The notes beneath the pieces are model-generated. The model saw only the letters and a list, made by a program, of their open reading frames with translations. It did not search any database and was not told where the DNA came from. Of a stretch of 64,000 nucleotides of DNA, positions 51,256 through 64,000 are shown piece by piece. The stretch's first letter is position 1, and every line of letters begins with the position of its first letter. Both the position numbers and the translations under genes were made by a program. Source of the stretch: Lama guanicoe (lineage: Eukaryota); assembly GCA_013239625.1 (NCBI GenBank), contig MU054187.1, positions 1,549,964 to 1,613,963 of the forward strand, given 5' to 3'.

Positions 51256-53500
51256 GACCAACTTTTGGACTTTGGATGAAGACTGAGACTAGGCCACTAA
51301 TCAGTTTATTTTTTGTGATTATGTTGGAAGAAATGACATTGCATTAACCAGGAACACCCCCCTCAAATGCTGTCATAATGCTAGTAAACTACGTGCTTCC
51401 CATCCAGGCTCACTTTAAGAAGCCCACCCATTTACTGCCCCACGTTCCCCCAACTTTACAGGTGGAGGCAGTCGACCTGACACAGCAGGAGCAGCCCGTT
51501 CCTTCATCCATCGGTCCCCGCAGCAGGCTGGGCGAAGGGCACCGACCTTCCATGACTTCAGCGTGCTGAACCCCGGGAACGAAGCAGACCCCTGGAACAC
51601 AGTAACCACCCCCAGCCCCCAGCTGAAGCTGAAACGCAACCCTCCGGCATCAGATCTGGGAATTAGGGCGGGAAGTGAGTGACAACAGTGGTGGACGTTG
51701 GAGAGAGACACTTTCGGAAACCGGGTGGGAAGACCTACTTTAAATCCAAATACACAGCCAAGCGAATACTCTCCAGCTTTCACTAGAACCTTCAGATCAG
51801 AATCGACTCGCCCACCCTCATTCTGCAAACCTGTGTGAAAGGCTCTGACATGGTGGCGGGGCTGTGGCTGGGCAGGGATTTCGACCCGCGGTTCACTAAC
51901 CGTGAGACCTGCCACGGGATACGTACGTTCGCCCGCCCGACTCCCCCGGCCATCGGTCGGCGCGGTGACAGAATCCCCCCCCCCAAGCTGGTCACGAAGA
52001 CAAAATACATCACCTCCCCTGAGAATCAACTGTCATCACGTTCCCAGAACTGCACTTGGAATGTCGGAGTTTCAAAACCGTCCAGGCCTTACCCACGGTC
52101 CTGCCCGCCAGGGAGCCCAGGGCCGCACTGAAATGCAACCGCAAAACCACACTTCCTGTCGGCTTCCTGTTTCAGCAGTCTGCTTGGTCACAAGGAGGGA
52201 CGGCGGAGTCGGGGCCCCCAGGAACCGTCCACACTCTTCATCGTCTCGTTCTTGCCACCGCGTTTCCTCCCTATCAGAAGCACCTCTGCAGAAACAGCCC
52301 TCTCTTCTCCCACAGCTGCGCGGCTCTCGGAAACCTAGACCCGTAGCCGAGGTCCGGTACCCACAGAGCCCTGGGCCCTGCGTGCAAAACCACAGCCTGG
52401 GCCCTTCCACTTCCAGGGAATTGCTGTTCATTTTCTGTCCTAAGTAACTTTCATTGAATACATTAATAAGACTGACTTTACACAGATATAATTTAATAGT
52501 GCAGCACCCAGAGGGGACACGGGCGAGTGGAGGGGACACAGGCGCCCTCGGCCCGGGACAGCAGCCTGTCAGCTGGGCCCTCGGACAAGACCGGCCGCGG
52601 GGCTCTCGCTCTGTGGCCCCATTCACCACCAGTTCTGGGAGCTGAGAACCACCTGCTCAGCCCTGACGGCTCCCCAAGGTGTAGACCAACACGCCAGAGG
52701 CCAGTTTGTCCTTTCATCATCAAAGCAGAAAAAGTGTGACGAGAAACAGTGCCTGCCTTACAGAGATGTCATTTGTGAAGAGAAGAGCTAATTTGGAAAA
52801 TCTGACCTTCCCATCGTGACCATTTATCCTGGTTGGGCTGGAAGTGAACTCCCAGCGTGTACGGGATGTCAGATCCCAGCAAGACAGCCACTAGCTGCAT
52901 TAACATAAAACTGGAATATAAAAAAACCTACCCTTTCTCTGTGTCACTCTAACCCTCTACACAACTGTGTTTGCAGAATCCAGACAATAAACATGTAAAT
53001 TGTCTCATCAGCACTTTCAACGCAGGAAACTGCAAAAATAGCAAGATCCAGAAATCACCCCGAAAGGCCTTTCATAGCTGTTCAAAACAGAGAGCATGCC
53101 GATTTCAACCCCTTGTTAAGAACAGAATGTTGTAAGGAGTAAAACTAAGTCATCCTGAGTGACGGTTGTGTAAATTGGTCACGTTTTATAGAACGTTTTC
53201 CTCTTGGCCTCGAATTTTTAATTTAACAAATAGGCACCTTCCCCGGGCCTCGCAGAAAGCCTGCTCGTCACTGGCCACACCACACGCTCGTGAACCCACC
53301 TGTCATTCCGCTGGCGTCAGAACGCCGCGGGGCTGACACACGACACGTCCGCTGCGGGCATCGAGGAGAGCTCAGCGGTGCATCGCTGCCAGATCGCCGC
53401 CGCCTGAACCAGCGTTAGTGAACAGGTACGTCGGTCATTCTGGAAAGCTGTCTGCTCTTTTTTCTAATACCTCAAGGGAATGAAAAAAAAAGCAGACGTC

Positions 53501-53751
53501 AGACAGGAGAGGAGACTCTGAAGCTGGAGGAAGGGCCAGGGGCCCAGGGACACAGCAGCTTCCAGAAGCCAGAAAAGACAAGGACACAGCCGCTCCCTGC
53601 GCCTCTGGAAGGTGTCCGCTCGGCCAGCTCCCTGACTTCAGTGAAACTGATTTCAGACTTCTGACCCCCGGAACTGGAACAGCATGGGTCTGTGCTGTTC
53701 TAAGCCACCGCGTTTGTGGGAGTTTGTGACTGTCCCAATGGGAAACAAGCA
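53501..53751 (+). mobile_element. MaLR (MLT1-type) LTR 3' part
   Basis: CTGATTTCAGACTTCTGACCCCCGGAACTG...TGTGCTGTTCTAAGCCACCGCGTTTGTGGGAGTTTGTGAC...GGAAAC is a characteristic MLT1 end. Confidence 0.85.
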
Positions 53752-54039
53752 GGATGAATGTTAACAGTAATGCTTCATACAGAGCTCACCTGCCAGGCAC
53801 CATCTTAACTGCTTTACCTGTACTTCATACGATATCTCAAAGCAACCCTCTCGCTCCCTGGGTGAGCCTGAAGACATTATGCGAAGTGAACTACTCCAGC
53901 CCCCAGGGGCGAGTACTGTGTGATTCTGCGCAGAGGGGTCCCTGGAGCGTCGGCGGCACAGAGACAGAACGCAGGACGGCGGACGGGACTGCTGGTCCAC
54001 AGGCGTCCTTCCCACACTTTGAATGTGCCATCCCATCAC

Positions 54040-54760
54040 CTCCTGGTCTCCACGGCTTCTGATGAGAAGTTCGCTGTTCCTCTTACTGGGAGCCCTCGTC
54101 TCCGGTAAGTCATCTTCCTCTTTCCTCCCCCTCCCCTGCTCCTCCGTCTTCTTCTTTCGGCTGCTTTTGAATTTCTTTGTCCGGGACTTCCAGCAGCGTG
54201 AGTACACACATCGAGGTGTGGATCTCTTTGTGTTTCTCCTACTTGGTGTTTGTTGAACTTGTTTGATGTGCGTAACAATTGCTTTTCATTAAGTTTTGGA
54301 AGTTGTCAGCCATTGTTTACTTAAACATTCTTTCTGTCATTCTCTCTCCCTCTTCTCCTTTTAGGACTCCCCTTACGCGTGTGTTGGTTCACTTGACGGT
54401 ATCCGATGGGTCTTTTAGGCTCTGTTCATTCTTCTGCACTTTTTTTCTATCTCTCAGACTAGATAATTTGGGTAATTTACACTGACCTGTCTCCAAGTTC
54501 ACTGATTCTTTACTCTGCTAGCTCAAAACTGCTATTCAACCCCTCCAGTAAAATTCTTATTTCAATTTTTGTTATTTTTCAGCTCCAGAAATTCTATGTA
54601 GTTGTTTTAAAACATTTATAGCTCTTTACTGACATTCTTTGGTAAGACCATTCTCAGACTGTCCTGTAATTCCTCAGACACGGTTTCCTTTAGTTCTTTG
54701 AATATATTTATAATAGCTGATTTGAAATCTTTATCGGCTAAGTCCAGCATCAGAGCTTCT
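54040..54760 (-). mobile_element. Ancient L1 ORF1-region fragment
   Basis: Minus-strand translation LDLADKDFKSAIINIFKELKETVSEEL (ORF1p coiled-coil region); TTTGGAAGTTGTCAGCCATTGTTTAC motif. Confidence 0.85.
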
Positions 54761-56792
54761 GCTGACTGCAGCCCTAGAGCAAGGAGACAAGGGGAGGGGA
54801 AGAACTGCCCCCGAAGACGGGCAGTGAGGCTGTGGGGAGACTGGGGGTGCCCGTGGGGGCATCGGCAGGAGGCCCGCTGGAGGGAGAGGTCACAGACTCC
54901 CCGGTGGACATGACTGCAGAGGAAGGGGGAACTAAAGGGGACCGGCCAGGTGCCCCGGGGCTCTGCTTCCTCGGTGGCCACCTTCTCTTCTGGCTGGAGG
55001 TAACCAGTCAGCACCTGCTCTTTTTGGGGAAATCCTGTGGTATCAAGAACCCAATGGGTTTTCAGGATTGGATTTGCTTTTTAAGGAGGAAACTTCTGGC
55101 AGCAGCTGCAGGGTGTGGTGGGAGAGCCTGGGGCACAGGCAGCCTCGGCTGTCGGGGAAAGGAAAATGGTGGAGTCCACAGGGCCGAGGAGGTCCGGAGG
55201 GCCCGGAGGTCTGGGGAGGAGCCATCTCAGAGCAGGAGAGTGGGAGACCCAGGAAGCAACGCTGTGACTGACCTTAATTGACCTCCAGGCCAGGATGGCA
55301 GGTGAGGGTCTCAGGAGATGAACTGGGGGTGGGAGGGGCTGCAGGCCATGAACATGACACCCTGGGGTGGCTCTATCAGGGGAGAGGGCTCGACTGCTGA
55401 GGTCAGAGTGGAGGAGGTGGGGACCACAAGGCAGACTGGGGGCTCCAACCTGGAAGCCCGCAGGCTGCTGAGCCCGCCATGGAGATGCCGACAGAGGGCA
55501 CTGTGGTTCCTGCTCCAGGTGCTGCCGCAGTCCCAGGTAGACCACACATAGGACCCTCTGTAACCTCACAACAGCACAACCATGCCCTAGCCTCATGCAG
55601 CAGGACGTGGGCTGGAGCATCAAGAGGTCAGGCTAAACCACACTGGGAACAGCAAACGGGCAGTGAGAAAACTGACCAGCACACCTTGGGGACCAGCAGC
55701 AGAAGCGACCCCGCGCTCAGCCCCTCACTCCAGTGCTCTGACTTAATCCTCAGGACAAACGACAAGGTACTTCTGCTGCCTTTCTTTTTCAGTCAAGGTC
55801 AGGGCTCCTGTGGGATGGAGCTGGGCTTCAAGCCTCCCGTCTGGCCAGAGAGCCCGTGGTAGGAAGCATCCCCTGCCCCACACCTCCCCCCTGTCCGGGA
55901 TCCCGGGGACGAGCACCCGGCCCAGACCCGCAGTGCCTCCCTGCCTGCCGCTGACATAGGGTGTGGAAGACACGGACCCCGGGGGGAGACCAGACGCCCA
56001 GGGCTGATCAGGCCACGTCTGCCCATGGTCTCCCCAGAGTCTCCCCAAGTTTCCACCGGACCAGCACAGCCTGCATTCTCCACTGGGACTCCTCTCGGAC
56101 GTCAGATGTAACAGATTGCTCTGCTGTAGTTCTGCCAGGTTAGTTCCCTTTATTTACCATTTATCAGACTCTACGTTCTGCTAGGACACAGAGTACCTTG
56201 AAACTTTCACATTGAAAGGTCCTTGCACTGAGCATGCACCATTTCTAGCCGTGGTCCATTTTTCATTACTGGTTATTCAAGGCTGCTCCACTGAACTGAC
56301 TCCTTATGTGCAGCAGGAAAATGTGCTTTGCCGTCCTGTTCTGCAGTCCTTGCTTCTTTTATGAAACACTCTCCCCAAAATGAGTATTGCTTCTGGGAGT
56401 AATAGCCCAAAAACTCTTTGGGAACATGCAAACTGATATAAGAAAAGATGGTGACTATGTAGAAGATGATTTTAAAAGAGCCTCGAATACTAATTGTAGT
56501 GTAACTTCAAAACAGCACTTTGAAATGAATGTCTTTTGTAACCCACTGAAGTATAGTTCATAGGAAAGTCACTGAAGATCTCTGCAGTTTCGATGGTTTA
56601 GCGGTGACTGAAACAACAGGATTCTTTCCCTTCTTAATATTCAGAACCTTAAGTGAATTTTCAAAGTGAGGACCGTGCTGTACCTAACTGCTGCTTTGTT
56701 TTGGAAGAATATCAGAATTTTTCTCCCCACTTAACAGCAATAATGTCAAACCTCAAAAGAGTAAAAGCAGTTTAACTTCCAATGGTACTCAC

Positions 56793-56992
56793 CAGTTGAC
56801 TAAGACAAATGTTTTACTGTCATTTTTAAACGTTATTCCTTACTGTTTTCCGATACTACTTTTTCTAAATTATCCAGGGTGGAAAGATTAAAATATGAAC
56901 AGCTTTAGATGGTTGTTAATATCTAAGTGGTTAAAAAGAACCAGTAACTTCCGGCCATGTAAGTTCACAGAAAACGTTTTTAAAGGGATGAA
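56793..56992 (-). other. Candidate non-coding exon (200 nt)
   Basis: Acceptor ...TATTCACGGACTTTCAG and strong donor CTG|GTGAGT. AT-rich, no sustained reading frame. Confidence 0.22.
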
Positions 56993-57435
56993 CTGAAAGT
57001 CCGTGAATACAGTGGATACAAAAGAATGGACCTTGGTTTTTCTCGTTTGGCTTCTTATTATTGGTCTTACATAATATTGACAAAAATAAAAGAAAGAAAC
57101 AAAAAAACCCTACAGTTTGAAAATGTATACAACTAATTCCTCCATCTTGTTTTATGAAATTCATATGAAGGGTCAGAAATGCACTTATTACCACAATACA
57201 TTTTCACACTTGAGAGTAAGATACACAAGATATTTTAAGTCATTGTGAAGTTGTATTTTGCATATAATTCAGCCAAGGAAGGGTTTCCAAAATTCTAAGG
57301 TTTCAGAGTGATTCATTTCCTTCCAAAATTACATATGTATGTAAGAATAATAGAGCTTTTATGGGTTTTGTTCTCCCATCAATTATGCTGAACATATGTT
57401 TATACGAGAGTTATCTACACAGGCAGTTGGCTTAC

Positions 57436-57488
57436 TAATCAATATCCCTTCATCCACAAAGGCCACTAGTGCAAATCTACAGGCTGAT
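57436..57488 (-). other. Candidate exon (53 nt)
   Basis: Acceptor GTTTTGTTTTTTCATTAATCAG and donor TTA|GTAAGC. Confidence 0.22.
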
Positions 57489-57539
57489 CTGATTAATGAA
57501 AAAACAAAACTCAGGAGTTTAAGAGTAAGAACAAAGCTA

Positions 57540-58047
57540 CAGACATGGAAACAACCTAAGTGTCCATCAACAGATGACTGCATAAAGAAGCTGTGGTATG
57601 TTTATACAGTAGAATACTACTCAGCCATAAAAAAGAATAAAATAATGCCATTTGCAGCAACATGGATGGACCTGGAGTGAAGTAGACAGGAAGGATGAAA
57701 AATACCATCTGATATCACTTTTATGTGGAATCTAAAAAAAAAGACACAAACTTATTTACAAAACAGAAGCAAACTCACAGACATAGAAAATAAACTTATG
57801 GTTAGGGGAGGAAAGGGTGGGTAAGATAAATTAGGAGTTTGGGATTAACAGATACAAACTACTATATATAATATAGATAAACAATAAGGTCCTACTGTTC
57901 TGCACAGGCAACTATATTCAATACCTTGTAATAACCTATAATGAAAAACAATGTGAAAAAGAACATATACGTGTGTAACTGAATCACAATGCTGCACACC
58001 AGAAATTAACACAACACTGTAAATCAGCAACAATTTAATTTAAAAAA
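57540..58047 (+). mobile_element. L1 3' end fragment
   Basis: [45 protein letters not shown] followed by 3' UTR and A-rich end. Confidence 0.92.
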
Positions 58048-59145
58048 TTGCTAGGCAAGGATCTTACAGTAAGAAAATTTTCTTAAACATACACATTTAA
58101 GTGTGCTTTAAGAAAAACTTGATTCTGCCTCAGCTTTCTCGCTTTCTCTTTTCCAGAATTTTCCCCTAGTCTGTTAGTTGTGGTCCCATGAGGCCCCATG
58201 TCAAACCGTTTCAGCCCAAAAGAAGCAGAGGCCTAACCTGTGGGCTTTGCACAGGTCTCAGTTTTCATACCGTTTCTTCAACAGGGTCACAAGCTGAAGG
58301 CTCTGGGCTGAGAGCAACCTACGGATACGTGTGGCCGGGGCTTTCCCTTTGAGAAGACACAACTGGCTGCTAACACTGAAAAGTCAGGGAGTGGTGTTTC
58401 TGACTTCCACATTTCACTCACAAACACCAGCAGCTCAGGAGTAACAGGCCGCAGGGCCGCGCTCACTCAGAAGCCGGCGCGCTGCGCGAGGGACCGTCAC
58501 GGCGAGGTGACACGGGGCTGCTCCAGGCGCCCTGTGCTCTGACTGCCCACGGGCACCGGCCCCAGGCTCCCGAGTCTGCCCCGTCAGTTTTTAGAGCAGC
58601 GCTTATTCTCATATTTATAAGCAAATAAAATTAACAAAGTGCTTAATAAGAACTATTACGAAGACGTATGGGCCAAATACATGGCGTTTTATATACAAGT
58701 ACCAGCCACCAGCTTCAAGCTCCATTACCCAGCTTTAAAATGATTCTCGTTTCAGGATTATGACCAAAAATGACACAGCGCTGGTCTTCCTGCCCCGTGT
58801 CCACATCCCGGGGGCCTCGGGCTGCTTCTCTGGGCCTGAGTCTGCAAACACTTCGTCAGGCACCGTGAGCCCTTCCTTCCCGCCGGCACATCCTGTCAGC
58901 ATCTTTACTCTTCCTTTCTTGTGGCGTAAAGCGCGAGAATTATGATAATAAAAGATCTGCACTTCACACATGATTTAATTTAGTCCAAACGTCAACTCAA
59001 TATACAAATTCTTTACGCCCATATTGAAGACAAGGAGGTAGGATCTGAACCCAGGTCCCTGTGGCCCTAAAGTCTGGTTCATTCTACCATCCCATTGGCT
59101 CCCGGGTGTCGGCGAGGCTCCCGCGCGCCCCGCGCTCCCCCTGCG

Positions 59146-59400
59146 GTGGTGGGAGATGAGAGGGGGTGGGTGGGCTTCAGGGGGTGGGAGGTGAGAGGGG
59201 GNNNNNNNNNNNNNNNNNNNNNNNNNNNNNNNNNNNNNNNNNNNNNNNNNNNNNNNNNNNNNNNNNNNNNNNNGGGAGGTGAGAGGGGGTGGTCGGGCTT
59301 GGAAGGGAGAGGCGTTAGGGGGCATTCGTTGGTCGGGGTGGGCGGAGGTCGGGGTGGGGTGGGGTCAGGGTGGAGGCGGGTGGTCGGTGGTCGAGGAGCG
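59146..59400 (+). repeat. G-rich degenerate minisatellite spanning the assembly gap
   Basis: GGGAG(A/G)TGAGAGGGGG recurs at 59151, 59186 and 59274, with many further G-runs. Confidence 0.75.
59202..59273. other. Assembly gap (72 N)
   Basis: Run of N read directly. Confidence 1.
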
Positions 59401-61959
59401 AGGAGGTCAGGGTCTGCTCTGGGGACCCGGGAACACCGCCCACCCGGAGGCGCGCACGGAGCCAAGGCCGGACGCGCAACGAGAAACTCAAGAGAGAAGA
59501 GGAGCCACGCTCGAAGCTCAGTTTTCCCCAAGTGGGACAGACACCTGTTGACCCGATTCAGAGTAGGAAACTTTGGGGGAGACGATAAAGGGGCCAAGTT
59601 GACAATCTAAGCAGGGGAACTACCGGAGGCGGGATGGAGACGAACCTGCTCCGCCGTAAGTTCTGGAAGACGCCAGAAGAGAGACGGCACCCCAGCAGCC
59701 TGGCTCCTGCCAGCGCATCGCCGCTCGCCTCCTCCAGCCTGACCGCGCAGAGCCCCGACGTCGCGGGAAACGTGGGACTCCTGCTCCTCCTCCTCCTCCG
59801 CGGACGGCGGCGGCGGCCGGGACTGGGGGCCGGGACCACGGGGAGAGGGGGCGGCCGGGCGGGCGCGCACGCGCTCCGGCGGCAGGTGCGCGCAGCGGGG
59901 ACGGCGCGCGGAGCTGCGGGCGGGGCTGGCAGGGAGCGCGCTCCTCCGGGGGCATCGCCTGGGCCCCAGCCGCGAGTCTGAAGCTCACGGTCATCGGCTA
60001 CTCATTGCGTCCACGCGGAACGGCTCTTCCTCTTTGCCGCTGACATCTCGCAATCCCAGAGGGCAGGCGCAGTCCAGGCGCGCGCGCTCCTTCCTGCTGC
60101 GGGCTCCGCGCCCCAGAGCGGGTTCACTTCCTTCTGCAGGTAACTCCTTCCGGAAGCCCGCAGCGCGCCTCCCCCGACGGGAGGGTCAGCCCGCGACCGC
60201 TCGCTCCCCCGCGAGCCGCACGGCTGGCGCTGCGCGTCCGAGCGCGGCGCGCGGCCCCCGGGCAGCAGACGCGCCCCAGACGCGTGTCGGCGGCAGCCGT
60301 GATCCCGCGCTCGCTGGACCCTTCCCGGCGGCGGCAGGCGCGGCGGTCACGAGCTCGGGGCAGGGGGCGGGCGGCCCCGTCGGGGACACTGCTGGAAACG
60401 GCTGGCTTCTTGCGGTTAGGCGTGCACTGTCAGCAGGTACTTAAGAGTTTTGGGTCTATCTTTAAAGACTTAAATTTTCAAACAACTCTCATCACTAAAA
60501 CACAACTTTAAAAAATGTAAAACAGATACACGGAGGAGAACTTGGGTGGTCCATTTAGGCAACAGTCCCATGTGACCAGTCTGGGAGCCCAGGGCAGCCC
60601 GTGGACAGCTAGTTACGTCCGGTTCTATCAGCCTTATGAGGAAAGACAAATTCTCTCCCTTCTTTGTCATTTTGCGGTCGGCTTACATCCTACCGTAGGT
60701 GAACACTGCCCTCTTTTGGCAAAATGTTGCAACTCTTAATTAAATGTGTCGTGTTTTTTTAATACACAAATCAGAAGAAACGCCATCTCCATGAACAAGA
60801 ATGATTTTAATTTATACAAGTATTTATTTTTTGTTTATGTATTCACTAAAAGAAACAAAAAGGTGTACTGTAGGCAAAAGGAAATTGAGATGCTCTAAGA
60901 TTCAGTCAGAAATTAATGAGCAAAAAAGCACACACGTGGGAGTAAAGCTAACCAAGCAGGGATCACAGAGCGATGGAGATGGTGGGATAGGGGCTTACAC
61001 CGCACGTAGTTGCGGTAAGGACATCAGAGGGAAGATTTCTGAAGTGTCTTGTGTGTGGGGGCGAATAACTTGAGACTTTGAAACGTTAGGGGAGTATGTT
61101 AAAATGTCAAGAGCACTAAAAGCAGAAAAAAGACTAACAGACAAAAAAAAAAGGAGAAACAATAATCAATCCTAAAAAAAGGAGAAAAAAAACATGTTTA
61201 AAAGGATACCACAAAACATCATTCTGTATAAAATATTTTTAAATGAATGTAAATGGATGAAATGCTTCACGTAAAATTCAAACATTCAAAAAAATTTTTT
61301 TAAGAAACTCAGCTTTGTAAAGTTAGAAAGAGACACACCTTATAGATACAGAAAAGGTTGAAAATCAAGTTTAAAAAATGAACTAGGTGACCACTAACCA
61401 AAACGAAACTGCCACGTGGGCATCAAACCAAACAGACTTTAAAGCAAAGGGTGCAGAGGGTTCCCACACAGTGTCCTGCGGTGTCATCACATCAGAGTAC
61501 ACACAGCAACACCGAGGACGACAAGGGTTCTGCCAAAACCCCACATGCGCTGCAGCGTGCACACGAAGCACTTGCTTGAGCCTGCGTGGGCCCGTGTTAG
61601 ACTTGGTGTAGCTGACACAGAGCACCATGCTGAGCTGCATAATACATACTCTTTTTAAACACATCAAGCATTTGTTAAAAATGACGATTTAGGGGGACTA
61701 AAACAAGAAGTACGCTTGCTCTTGTTCACCACTTCTAGTCGGCATGACACTGGAGGCCCTAACTAGCCTTCGTATCTGCTTAAATATTTCATAAAAATAA
61801 ATCTTAACCTTCAGAGGTGGCAACGGTCAAGAGGAAATGGGAGGTCCGAACACGGACCACTTACATCCTAGCTCGGCAGGCGTCCAAAGGTGAACCGACA
61901 TTTTCTACATTTAAAAAGAAGAGAAAAAGAAAAGGCAGGCCACTGGAGAATGAGGCTTA

Positions 61960-63420
61960 ATTAAATGCAACTGTTTATTTAAAATAATTGTCCAAGTTTT
62001 TCCCAAAAGTTAACAGGTTTTGCTTCACTTTCGTCCTCTCAAACAGCTAGAAACCAAGACTTACATTTTTTGTGTTTTATTTTAGCTACTGTGTATGCTA
62101 CTTTAATGACATTTTCTTTATTAATACTAGAACCAGATATATTGACCAACAAGCAGTACAGATCTAGAGTATCTTCCCGGCAGTCGCGGGGCTGCTGACC
62201 AGCTCCTGGGATCGAGCAGACTCCCGGTGCCACAGCAGGCCGTCTCCAACTAGCAGCATGACTCAGGAAGGTCACGCTCCCACCCCAGGCCTCCTGCCTC
62301 ACCGCAAAATAAAGGGCTAGATTTGGTGACTTCCTCTATCTTATTCTGGTGTAAAAATTCCATGAATACAGTGCTCATCATTTTCAGTTAATTTTACTTC
62401 ATCTTTATTTGCTACTCTCCACATATAAAGCATAATTATCCACAAATATAACATGATTCATTAAAAAATAAACACCCAAAATATTCTTAATCATTCTGAT
62501 ATATTCCCATTAACAGATAAAAGGGCTTTCACTTAAAATTTCATTTTTTATTTCTATTTCTTTATTTAAAGTCAATAATAAAGTCAGGACTGTAAAATAA
62601 ATGCATTTAAAAACACAAAAGACACATTTCAATGACAACAAATAGGCAATGATCATGAAAATCTACTGTACATTTTGCCAAGGTCAACAGAGAGCTGATA
62701 TGAAAAAAATCAGTCTTCGAATATATTCTTAACAGAAACCTCCCTCATGAATAGTGAAATTATCATTTAAGAAAACATATGTTTACATATCTGGAAACTC
62801 ACTCCAAAAACAACAAAGCTGGGTGGGGGTCGGGGGGCTTGATAAAAATATGTGGGCACCAGAACTCAAGATTAAACTTCTAAAACTAACATATATTTCA
62901 AAATAAAATGAACGTTGCTAATGGATGAAAACCGTATGAAACTTTTTTTCCTTGATGGAAATGAGATGGGGCGTTTCTTAACAGTAACAGCTCAGTAGTC
63001 ATCTAAGAAAAGCTGTGGAGAAACCCCCCAACCCCCAACCCCCACCCCCAAGCCGCAGGCCCAGTTACTGGTACAACAGACGGCTTCCATAAAGGTATCT
63101 TTCCTATTACTAAAATATCTTCATTTACCTGGGATAATTCATGCTTAGAATATTTCAAACACTTGCTTTTAGATGCAGAGCATTCCCAGAGCTGGGATCT
63201 TTAAAACCATCTATATATTACTAAGGGTTGACTCTGCAGCGAGAGAATAACCCTTCCACTAGACACTGATCGGGTTTCCTCGAGTGTATTTGATCAATTA
63301 TTGTAACAGTGATGCTGGTGATAGTAAGTGATACTCTCAAATTTTTCATTTTAAAAAATATATAATCCATGTAACACTAGTAAAGAAGTTGCACTGCGTA
63401 CTTTCCTAAAAGGAAGGGCT
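61960..63420 (-). other. Possible 3' UTR / transcript end of an unidentified gene lying to the right
   Basis: AT-rich, free of recognisable repeats, U-rich on the minus strand, with minus-strand AATAAA at 61974, 62076, 62117, 62404, 62547 and 62561. AATAAA also occurs on the + strand, so this is ambiguous. Confidence 0.3.
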
Positions 63421-64000
63421 CTCCAGGCCCTGGAAGGAAGAAAAGCAACAGCTCATGACGGCATCTCCTGCCTGTGTTATCGCCAACATTCCAGCGATGA
63501 ATGGAACGTGTGACACTAAGCAAAACGATGCAGGCCGCTGTAATGTTACCACGAGAAACAAGAACGAAAGACAGGAGGAAGTCAGATGAGCACAACGCAG
63601 GTCCCGAAGATCGCATGGTGACGCCGACCCTTCACAGCACGCGGCCTCCACACAGCGCCCCAGGGCTTCCCGGGCCGCGGGGTGGGTCCCAGGGCAGGTG
63701 CGGCCAACTCAGCCCGCCCTCGTCGACGGTGAGCGGGCGGGCGCGCCGGGGGCTCCCTGTGCCGACGCGCTCCCGACACCTGCTCTGGCCGTGGACAGTC
63801 ACCCAAGCGGTCCTGGGCACCCGCCTCGCCGAGCTCGTGGTCTGCGAGCGCTGACAGCGCGGGGGCCCACGCGGACCACGAGCTGCACTGCGCAGTGTTG
63901 AACACGGACACTCACCTAACGTGCTGTGCAGGTCTCTACGAGAGAAGCAGGCGTTTCCCCGTGTCTTTTGGCAATGGATTCAAAAGCGGGAGCAGCAGTG

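Larger units (their letters stand above)
59090..60430. promoter_or_regulatory. Promoter-type CpG island
   Basis: Very high CG density, NRF1-type GCGCACGCGC (59865-59874), palindromic ETS site CTTCCGGAAG (60147-60156), pyrimidine initiator-like CTCTTCCTCTTT (60024-60035), short (CCT)n/(CGG)n runs typical of 5' UTRs, and splice-donor motifs on both strands. Confidence 0.85.

Noticed and set aside
59620..59994. Minus-strand ORF containing MRWQEPG as a known peptide or signal sequence
   Set aside because: The short resemblance to other MRWQE-starting peptides is coincidental; no downstream exon extends it to a recognisable protein.
1..64000. CRISPR arrays, tRNA/rRNA genes, operons or prokaryote-like defence systems
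   Set aside because: No repeat-spacer arrays, cloverleaf or rRNA similarity, or dense coding organisation were seen; the sequence is mammalian and largely non-coding.

Overview
This is mammalian genomic DNA, GC- and CpG-rich and repeat-laden, with one 72-nt assembly gap (59202-59273). The young L1 3' ends (...AAATTGTGCTCTACACTGGAATTTGACAC...) look camelid-like from memory, and I saw no Alu, B1, Bov-B/Bov-tA, PRE1 or SINEC; the species call is inference only. I recognise no cellular protein-coding gene. The only identifiable ORFs are broken LINE-1 ORF2 pieces (YADD reverse-transcriptase motif, C-terminal cysteine-rich tail), and the long GC-rich ORFs are best explained by base composition. The window holds many L1 fragments of several ages (some with clear target-site duplications, two with twin-priming-type 5' inversions), three probable solo ERV LTRs, and MaLR, MIR, L2, Tigger1 and MER5 relics. 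It has several CpG-rich islands, including a promoter-like one at about 59.1-60.4 kb, a possible 3' UTR at the right end, and scattered exon-like segments of a possible unrecognised minus-strand transcript. The best structural observations are an apparently exact 1004-bp tandem duplication (possibly an assembly artefact), a textbook twin-primed L1, a 75-bp inverted templated copy 4 kb from its donor, and CpG/GC enrichment inside ancient repeats that suggests GC-biased gene conversion. I found no support for a novel multi-gene system. Repeat family names come from recalled consensus sequences, not a database search, and boundaries of old repeats are approximate.
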